A stretch of DNA of 19,263 nt from Campylobacterales bacterium (GTDB lineage Bacteria > Campylobacterota > Campylobacteria > Campylobacterales > Sulfurimonadaceae), in contig JBBRBK010000036.1 in NCBI GenBank assembly GCA_038205935.1, positions 1 through 19,263 of the forward strand, read 5' to 3'. Shown here one piece after another: positions 7,091 through 14,150 of the stretch (positions are counted from its first letter, which is position 1; each line of letters begins with the position of its first letter). The notes under the pieces are model-generated. The model did no database searches. It was not told the origin of the DNA and saw nothing but the letters and a program-made list of their open reading frames with translations. The position numbers were made by a program, and so were the translations under genes.

Positions 7091-8272
7091 TTATTTTTTA
7101 GCTCCGAAGATAAGCACATTCGCGTATCTTGCTCCCCAAACCAAAAACAGTATAAGCCAAGCAGTAAATGAAATATCAAATAAAAATGCAGCTCCCCAGC
7201 CAAAGGCGATGTTTAGACTATACAAAGCTCTTAAAATCACGACCACTTGAATGAACCAAAATACGTTAGTAGCGAAACTATCGGCATTTGGAACCTGTCC
7301 TGAATGACCCAAGGTGACCCTCGTTCCAAAACCTATAAGAATAGTCGTCACAAAACCTAAGGCCAATAGATGCACACCAAGGAAGTAAAAATCTGTATGG
7401 AGAAATAGTGCCGCAGTATGTGCAATTGCTGAGATCAAAAGCGCAGTCGGAAGCCAGAATAATCCCAGATGAAGTACCCATAAAATCGAAGGTGAGCTAA
7501 AAACGGGCAACTTCCAATTGATAAATTCTTTCAATAAATACCAAGCTAATACGATATCTACAATGATTTGAGCGATTTCAAAATTAAATGAACTAAATAG
7601 CGTTTTTAAAATCAATAGTACAAACACATATTTTATAAAGTTTTCATTTTTTACTTCAAAAGAGTGAGAGAAAAATGGAATCATTCTTTGGGCAACACTA
7701 AAGGTTAAAAAAATGATATACATGTAAAAGCCTAGATTTATAGCGAGGCTTTGAACCGGCAATCCTAGCTCAAAAGCTATAAACGAGAGATGTGAAGCAA
7801 GTCCAAAATATTGTGCGCTTAAAATCCAAAAAGGATCTTTTTTATCCGCCATCTTTCCCGTTTTATAGAGCTGTGTCAATTTTAAAACCACGGAAATCTG
7901 TGATATGAAAAGCGTTGCCATTCCCGCTATCATCAGAAAGTGGTTTGCATATACACCTAAAAGAAAGATTACTGAACCTAATATATTGGCGTAAAAGATT
8001 TTAGTATAGTAGTTTTTCTCTATAGTTTCTGCTTGGCAGAATCTAGAAAAAGTGGTAAATAAAAATCCCGTAAAGAGATTGGTAAAGACCATAAATACAA
8101 GTGAATAAACATGGAAGCTTAAAGAATCAGTCCCTAAGACGAAGATACCTTTATAACTTAGTGCAAAAATGAGCATCATCACCACTGCGTTTACGATGCC
8201 TAAAATAAAAAATGGTTGATGAGGCTGTGATAGAAAGTAATTTTCTTGTTTTTCTTTAGCTTTTAGGTTCAT
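7091..8272 (-). CDS. nnrS: NnrS family membrane protein (NO/nitrosative stress)
   Basis: QPHQPFF, GFLFTTFSRF, RMIPFF, LWVLHLGLFW, HLLALG, TRVTLGHSG. About 12 hydrophobic segments. Confidence 0.9.
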   Translation of the reverse strand: MNLKAKEKQENYFLSQPHQPFFILGIVNAVVMMLIFALSYKGIFVLGTDSLSFHVYSLVFMVFTNLFTGFLFTTFSRFCQAETIEKNYYTKIFYANILGSVIFLLGVYANHFLMIAGMATLFISQISVVLKLTQLYKTGKMADKKDPFWILSAQYFGLASHLSFIAFELGLPVQSLAINLGFYMYIIFLTFSVAQRMIPFFSHSFEVKNENFIKYVFVLLILKTLFSSFNFEIAQIIVDIVLAWYLLKEFINWKLPVFSSPSILWVLHLGLFWLPTALLISAIAHTAALFLHTDFYFLGVHLLALGFVTTILIGFGTRVTLGHSGQVPNADSFATNVFWFIQVVVILRALYSLNIAFGWGAAFLFDISFTAWLILFLVWGARYANVLIFGAKK

Positions 8273-8328
8273 TGTACTCTTCTTTTCTTTTTTGTGTTGA
8301 AGTTTAATAGGATATTACTACAAATGAC

Positions 8329-8342
8329 TTGACGCGCATCAA
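8329..8342. promoter_or_regulatory. Crp/FNR-family (FNR/DNR/NssR-like) box upstream of nnrS
   Basis: TTGAC-gcgc-ATCAA is a 9/10 match to TTGAT-N4-ATCAA. Minus-strand TAAACT at 8306-8301 would place the box centre at -41.5. Confidence 0.7.
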
Positions 8343-9151
8343 GATATTTGAATCTTCTTTGTAATATCTAGAAGTTCGACTTGAATAACTTCTGTAGTGG
8401 GATAAGCAGGAGGTCCAAATTGATTATATATCGCAACATCAGCAGCATCACGTCCATAACCGATTGCTATATATCCGCCCCTAAGCTCGGCTTGAGTCGC
8501 ATCGAAGGTGTACCATCGGTCTCCAATATAAGCCTCAAACCATGCGTGTAAATCCATAGGCTCAAGCCCATAAAGATACCCTACAACCAACCTTGCAGGA
8601 ATACTAAGACTGCGGCACAATGCAATGCCTAAATGTGACAGATCTCGACAGACTCCCGATCCTCTCAAGTTGACTTCTACGGCTGAGACTATCGAGTCAC
8701 TATTGCCTTGTTCAAAAGAAATGGTGTTACGTAACCATGACTCGATAGCTGCGACTTGATCATAACCCAACTGGCTATTTGCCGTAATTTCAGCAGCCAT
8801 CTGTCCAAATTGCTCAGACTCACAATACCTACTTGGCAATAAGTAAATAAGCACAGAATCTGGAAGATTTTGAATTTCGACAAATGGAGCTCCAGGCGTT
8901 TGATCTACATAATCAGAAGTATCTACATCGGCAACCGTATGAACTTCAAATCTTCCTATTGGAGCAACCAGTCGCTGACAAAGATTGCCATAAAAATCAG
9001 TAAATTCAATTACATGTAAGCCTGAGGGAATAAGTCTATATTCTTCGCTCGCTATCCATTGTTGAGCACCGCTGCGTGGTCGTAACATTAAGATAAAAGG
9101 TGTTGGTACGGTAATGTCGAATGTCAAATCACAACTTGCTCGTAGCCACAT
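8339..9151 (-). CDS. Transglutaminase-like family protein
   Basis: Catalytic triad motifs GVCRDLSH, HAWFE and FDAT, plus YLLPSRYCES and GRDAADVA. SD AAGGA. Confidence 0.9.
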   Translation of the reverse strand: MWLRASCDLTFDITVPTPFILMLRPRSGAQQWIASEEYRLIPSGLHVIEFTDFYGNLCQRLVAPIGRFEVHTVADVDTSDYVDQTPGAPFVEIQNLPDSVLIYLLPSRYCESEQFGQMAAEITANSQLGYDQVAAIESWLRNTISFEQGNSDSIVSAVEVNLRGSGVCRDLSHLGIALCRSLSIPARLVVGYLYGLEPMDLHAWFEAYIGDRWYTFDATQAELRGGYIAIGYGRDAADVAIYNQFGPPAYPTTEVIQVELLDITKKIQIS

Positions 9152-9258
9152 GTTTGAATCCTTTAGAAAACTCTATATTATTGAACTATTTTTTCGATGA
9201 TTAGTATAGCACATTAGAATGAAGAGTAATCCTTGTGCTAAAAATGTGAAGAGAGCTT

Positions 9259-9720
9259 CTAAACAGTAAACTGCTGTCTTGTTACAATACCCCAATACCG
9301 GTCTTCATAACGGTCTTCTTTATAAGCGGTCTGCTCAAAGGCTGTGATACTCTTACGCCAGAACTCAGATGCATACTCAGCACCTTTGATCTGTTTTATC
9401 TCCCATGCTCCGGGATATTTTTTCCAGATCATATGGGCAAATTTCATGCCGGTTGAATTTTTTCTAAAAGAGGGAACGACGTAAAACTCACAAACTTCGT
9501 AACGTTCATCTCCTTTGATGCCGATTGCCGCAATCGCTGAAGGAACTCCATCTGCCATAAGAAGCAAACCTGAAACACCCTCGCCTATCAATGTATCGAG
9601 CTCGAATATTCCCATCTCATTTGGTTTTTTAAGCGTTATTGCCGAGAACTCTGCTTCATAACATTGTGCAAGGTTCAAATAGATATTCAGATTTGCTTGG
9701 GTAACGGTGACTAATGTCAT
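9259..9720 (-). CDS. GNAT family N-acetyltransferase
   Basis: EFYVVPSFRKNSTG (motif A-like), KYPGAWEIKQ, A.EFWRK. Confidence 0.8.
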   Translation of the reverse strand: MTLVTVTQANLNIYLNLAQCYEAEFSAITLKKPNEMGIFELDTLIGEGVSGLLLMADGVPSAIAAIGIKGDERYEVCEFYVVPSFRKNSTGMKFAHMIWKKYPGAWEIKQIKGAEYASEFWRKSITAFEQTAYKEDRYEDRYWGIVTRQQFTV

Positions 9721-9853
9721 ACTCTTGGCCTTTTGAGTGTTGATTTCTTTACTGAAAGTCTAACATAATGGACTTCAAAAGCTGAGGGCTTACATGTAAG
9801 GAATTATTCATAAAGCCAAATTCAACTAAAATATCGAAAACAAAGGAATCACT

Positions 9854-10318
9854 ATGAAAATCACAAAAAATATATTGGTACATATCGACTATCGTTTGAC
9901 CGACGCGGATGGTAATCATCTCAATCCCGGTGAAGAGGAACTCATCTATCTGCATGGCGGATATGGTCATATTTTTGTAGAGCTAGAAAATGCACTTGAG
10001 GGTAAAAAAGTAGATGAAAGCTTTACAGTGACGCTCACGCCTGAACAAACTTTTGGAGATTATAAAGAGGAACTTATCGTACAAGAACTTCTTAGTGAAC
10101 TGCCGGAGGATATTTATATCGGAATGGAACTCGATACTGATGATGAGTCTGAAGTTGTTTATGTCGTTACAAATATCCAAGATGACTTTGCACTTTTAAA
10201 TGCAAACCACCCTCTTGCAGGACGTACTTTGACTTTTGAAGGCAAGGTTACAGAGTTACAAAAACTCAATGACGAAGAAGTCAAAGAAATTTTGGCACAC
10301 AAACATCACGATCATTAA
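9854..10318 (+). CDS. slyD: FKBP-type peptidyl-prolyl isomerase, SlyD-like
   Basis: YLHGGYG...LENALEGK, PEQTFG, NANHPLAGRTLTF, short His tail HKHHDH. SD AAGGA. Confidence 0.9.
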   Translation: MKITKNILVHIDYRLTDADGNHLNPGEEELIYLHGGYGHIFVELENALEGKKVDESFTVTLTPEQTFGDYKEELIVQELLSELPEDIYIGMELDTDDESEVVYVVTNIQDDFALLNANHPLAGRTLTFEGKVTELQKLNDEEVKEILAHKHHDH

Positions 10319-10394
10319 TAAGCCGTTTGTTGCACTTATAAGTTGAATTGGACTTATATTTGCTTAAGATAGAAATGTTTATAGTTATTTTGTG

Positions 10395-10403
10395 TGCTAT
10401 ACT
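10395..10403 (+). promoter_or_regulatory. Putative extended -10 promoter
   Basis: TGcTATACT (TGn-TATAAT type) lies 29 nt upstream of ATG 10432. Confidence 0.5.
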
Positions 10404-10431
10404 AGACCGATACAATAAAAAAGGAGTCACA

Positions 10432-10938
10432 ATGAAACGTTTTCTCATAGCAGCGGCAATTGCCATTGCCTCTCTCACTACCACCGCATCTGCTGCAGAT
10501 GTTGGTGTTTCAATCAGCATCGGTCAACCTGGCTTCTACGGGCAACTTAATATTGGCGACTTCCCTCAGCCAAGTGTGATCTATGCTCAGCCGATGATCA
10601 TTGATCATAGGTCAATGAGAAGCCAAGAGCCGATCTATCTACGCGTCCCGCAGAATCACTACAGAAATTGGAACAAGTACTGTCACAAATACAATGCTTG
10701 TAACCGACGTGTTTACTTTGTGCACGATAACTGGTACCGAAATGAATATGCTCCCCGTTATAGAGAAAAACATCAAGATCGCAGAAATGATCGCATGGAC
10801 AACCGTCGAAATGATCGCATAGACGATCGTCGAGATGATCGTCGAGATGATCGTCAAGACGACCGCCAAGGCGATAACCGTGGTAATGATCATGGAAACC
10901 AAAAAAATAAAGACAAAGGGCACGGAAACGATCGCTAA
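10432..10938 (+). CDS. Secreted hypothetical protein with DDRR low-complexity tail
   Basis: SD AAGGAG. Signal peptide MKRFLIAAAIAIASLTTTASA, then DVGVSISIGQPGFYG, PIYLRVP..H..NW...C..YNAC.R.VYFV, then an R/D-rich repeat tail. Confidence 0.8.
   Translation: MKRFLIAAAIAIASLTTTASAADVGVSISIGQPGFYGQLNIGDFPQPSVIYAQPMIIDHRSMRSQEPIYLRVPQNHYRNWNKYCHKYNACNRRVYFVHDNWYRNEYAPRYREKHQDRRNDRMDNRRNDRIDDRRDDRRDDRQDDRQGDNRGNDHGNQKNKDKGHGNDR
10777..10890 (+). repeat. Imperfect 12-bp tandem repeats encoding D-R-R-D/N
   Basis: GATCGTCGAGAT twice (10825-10848), GATCGTCAAGAC, and degenerate flanking units such as GATCGCAGAAAT, GATCGCATGGAC and AACCGTCGAAAT. Confidence 0.8.
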
Positions 10939-10976
10939 AATATTAGCGTAGTACTTTTGCCAACATACATACTTCT

Positions 10977-11002
10977 ACACACCCTGCTTCAGCGGGGTGT
11001 GT
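10977..11002 (+). terminator. Intrinsic terminator-like hairpin
   Basis: ACACACCCTGC-ttca-GCGGGGTGTGT is an 11-bp stem with one G-U pair, about 40 nt after the stop codon. Confidence 0.65.
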
Positions 11003-11038
11003 TACTTCTGCAAAATCAAATAACTTTTAGTAGCTAAG

Positions 11039-11146
11039 ATCGATGTTATCATCGGACGTATCCGTCAAAAGATAGGTGATGATCCAAAACATCCAAAATA
11101 TATCGTCTCAGTACGAGGCGCGGGGTATAAATTTGTTAATGAATAA
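11039..11146 (+). pseudogene. C-terminal remnant of an OmpR-family response regulator
   Basis: [35 protein letters not shown] is the recognition helix and wing. No receiver domain upstream. Overlaps the kinase ATG at 11139. Confidence 0.85.
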
Positions 11147-12366
11147 TCACTCTATTATCCGTCTTATTACTATCTTTTTTTTTGATATTTCTGCTTATCA
11201 ACACGCTTTTTTGGGTAGCACACCAACATTTTTCAAAGCAAGAAGAGCTCGATGAGATGCGCCGTTTTCTCCTTGTAGACAGGCTATTTCATCATTCTAA
11301 AGAAGATTTTAGTACAGAGTTAAAACAGTTGATGGTTCGTCCCTCAAGTGCAAATCCACAAGAATTATTGAGAGAAGGGGAAATTCTCATAGAACTCCCT
11401 TTTGGAAAAATTGTAAAACACGATGGAGATACCTATTTTATCAAGACACCTCCACCGCCTCCACCTTTAGATTTTGCTGACCATAGAAAGTTTATGCCGC
11501 CGCCACCGCCTGATAGAAAAGATTTTTTCCCAATAGTATTAGAAGATTTACAGCCCTCCTCTTTACTTCCTTTTTGGATCATTCCTTTGAGTGTGGATAT
11601 TTTGATTTTGCTCTTTTTTGCTTATCTGCATCGCCTCAAAAATGCCATCGTCACTTTTAAAGAGCAAGATGTTACATTGGATGCGCCTATCAACGGTAAA
11701 GATGAAATCTCACAAATAACGTATGAGTTCAATCAAGTTCTCCAAAAAATCGCAGCGATGAGAGAAGCCCGTTCTCTCTTTTTAAGAAATATTTTACATG
11801 AACTGAAAACTCCGATTATGAAAGCTTCCTTAACAACTGATTGTTTAGAGCCATCACCCTCTCAAGAGCGATTAAAACAGATATTTTCACGTATGGATTA
11901 TCTTTTAAATGAATTTGCAAAGATGGAGCGTTTTAGCAGTGGAGAGTGGCAGTTGAACCTTCAAGAATACCGTTTTGTCGATCTTCTTGACCAAGCTTGC
12001 GATCTGCTTCTTTGCGATAAAGAGATGATTTTCATAGAAGGAGAAGAGTCAGAACTCGTCTTACATGTAGACTTTGAACTCTTTAGCGCGGCACTTAAAA
12101 ATTTGCTTGACAATGCGCTTAAATATTCAGAGCAAAAACCGACGCTAAGTATCAGTAGTGATTTTATTTCTATCTGTAGTATGGGAGAAGAACTTTCACT
12201 TGTAAAACAAGATTTTTGTAAGCCATTTAACCGCGCATATGAAAACTCTTCAGCAGGTCTTGGTCTTGGACTTTATATCACCGACTCCATTCTCAAAAAA
12301 CACAACTATCAACTACTCTACCACTACGACAATGGTTCTAACTGTTTTAGAATAAATTTTTTCTAA
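11139..12366 (+). pseudogene. ArsS-like sensor histidine kinase with a frameshift at a T9 tract (main ORF 11182-12366)
   Basis: KDEI HAMP, NILHELKTP H-box, NLLDNALKY N-box, GLGLGL G2 box. Natural start ATG 11139 ([13 protein letters not shown]) is out of frame by 1 nt at T9 (11175-11183); T8 would restore the frame. Confidence 0.7.
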
Positions 12367-12525
12367 GCTTTTTAGCCTATCTCGCCCTCTTGAGGTTCAA
12401 CTTGAAATTTTTCCCTACTCCGCGTTGTATAATTTGCAAGATGTGTTTTAGAAGGCTTACATGTAAGGGAAAATATCGCAAAATTGCATATTTTAAAAAC
12501 AAATTTTTTTATCTGGAGTCCTATT

Positions 12526-13191
12526 GTGAATGTTAAAGATGCACTGAAAATGAGAAAATCGATCCGTTCGTTTTTGCCCCAAGAGATTGAAAAAGAGAAA
12601 CTTGAGACTATTTTTGAATATGCAAGATTTACTCCCTCAGGTGTAAATATGCAGCCTTGGGAAGTAGCAATTGTAAGCGGAAAAATAAAAAATGCTATGC
12701 AAGAAGCGATACTCAAAGCGTTTAATGAAGGTGTGAGCGCCAATATGGATTACAATTATTATCCCCTTACTTGGTCTGAACCTTATAAAAGCAGAAGAAA
12801 AGAGACTGGTTTGCTTATGTATAAAACGCTTGATATCTCGCGAGAGGACAAAGAAAAACAAGCAGATCAATGGAGAGCAAACTACAGAGCCTTTGACGCA
12901 CCGACAGTTTTACTCTTTTTTATGGATAAAGAGCTTGAGACAGGCTCATTTTTAGACTATGGAATGTTTTTACAATCGATTATGCTTTTAGCGCAGGAGC
13001 AAGGACTCGCAACCTGTCCGCAAGCCGCCCTTGCTGAGTATCCCGATATCATAAGAAAAGAGTTAACTATTGAAGATAATAAAATAGTAGTTGCGGCAAT
13101 TGCCATAGGCTATGAAAACAGCGAAGCTCTCATCAACAGCTACAAAACATCGAGAGTAGAAAAAGAGAGTTTTATAAAATATTTTTCATAA
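12526..13191 (+). CDS. Nitroreductase family protein
   Basis: RKSIRSF, TPSGVNMQPW, FDAP, DYGMFLQSIMLLA...GLATCPQA, IAIGY. GTG 12526 follows GGAG. TATAAT at 12428-12433. Confidence 0.9.
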   Translation: MNVKDALKMRKSIRSFLPQEIEKEKLETIFEYARFTPSGVNMQPWEVAIVSGKIKNAMQEAILKAFNEGVSANMDYNYYPLTWSEPYKSRRKETGLLMYKTLDISREDKEKQADQWRANYRAFDAPTVLLFFMDKELETGSFLDYGMFLQSIMLLAQEQGLATCPQAALAEYPDIIRKELTIEDNKIVVAAIAIGYENSEALINSYKTSRVEKESFIKYFS

Positions 13192-13325
13192 CGTAAGAGC
13201 CAAGGAGTAAAAGTTTACATTAATGACTCTACAAGATTTAAACAGGGATGAGATCAGCTCGTTTGAAGTGTTTGCAAATCTCCCTATGAATCTTTGTGGA
13301 GTGAAGAGGAAAATGTAAAAAACTC

Positions 13326-13350
13326 GCACTTCAACAGATAGAAGAAGTGC
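13326..13350. terminator. Hairpin between convergent nitroreductase and modE
   Basis: GCACTTC...GAAGTGC forms a 7-bp stem with an 11-nt loop, with nearby A and T runs. Confidence 0.35.
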
Positions 13351-13364
13351 TTCGTTTTTAAACT

Positions 13365-14138
13365 CTATAAACCTACAATGATATTATTATATGGGATTGA
13401 GGCATAAGCCTTTGCACCTACATGTAAAGTCTTATCTTCATTTTGTAAAAGTGCCACAAGAACTGTTTTTTCATCGATACGAAGGGCCACTTCTGTATTT
13501 TCATCTCTAGTTTCAACAGACTCAAGAACTCCTTCTAAAACATTTATATTCGTACTCTCTTGTAAAGGTTTCGAGGAAATTTTTATATCACTAGATTTGA
13601 TGATCGCATAGATATCACTGCTTACATGTAAGTTCATATTTGTAACAGATTTTGATGTTATCGTAGAGATAATCTTCGTTTTTCCCGATAGAAGAATGCT
13701 TATAACGGCGCTAAGATCATTGAATTTAATATCGGAAATAACTGATGGAATTTGATTTCTTGCACTTGTAGTGAGAAAAGTTCTATTGAGAATATTTGCC
13801 AAAAGTTCAGGTTTATCACCAGCTTCAGAAAAACGGTTGATAAACTGACGGTGAAGTTCGTCAAGTCGCTCATAAGTTTTGATAAGTTCTTTTCCGTACG
13901 ATGTCAGAGTCGTTCCACCTCCACCTTTTCCGCCTGTTTGTCTCTCTAAAATAGGCTCATCAGCAAGGAGATTCATACTGTTCATTCTCTCCCACGCTGC
14001 TTTGTAGCTCATCTTCATCTCTTTTGCAGCAGCGTTCATAGAACCTGTTTTTTCTATCATATGCAACAGCTCTATTTTTCCCGGACCAATAAAATTTTTT
14101 CCATCTTTTGTGAGCCAAAAACGACCGTCGATTCTCAT
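13365..14138 (-). CDS. modE: Molybdate-responsive transcriptional regulator ModE (wHTH + 2 TOBE)
   Basis: GPGKIELL..IEKTGSMNAAAKEMKMSYKAAW, GGKGGGG, TSARNQ, STIT..S...M.L, AIIKSS. SD AAGGA. Confidence 0.92.
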   Translation of the reverse strand: MRIDGRFWLTKDGKNFIGPGKIELLHMIEKTGSMNAAAKEMKMSYKAAWERMNSMNLLADEPILERQTGGKGGGGTTLTSYGKELIKTYERLDELHRQFINRFSEAGDKPELLANILNRTFLTTSARNQIPSVISDIKFNDLSAVISILLSGKTKIISTITSKSVTNMNLHVSSDIYAIIKSSDIKISSKPLQESTNINVLEGVLESVETRDENTEVALRIDEKTVLVALLQNEDKTLHVGAKAYASIPYNNIIVGL

Positions 14139-14150
14139 CTGTTTATCCTT

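Noticed and set aside
10777..10890. Tandem repeats as a CRISPR array
   Set aside because: These are 12-bp in-frame coding units with no spacers and no cas genes.
12372..12743. 123-aa minus-strand ORF and other short antisense ORFs in the track
   Set aside because: These are shadows of well-supported opposite-strand genes and have no motifs.
13195..13325. Small ORF MTLQDLNRDEISSFEVFANLPMNLCGVKRKM or a gene remnant
   Set aside because: The AAGGAG is too far from the ATG and there is no recognisable family, so it cannot be supported.
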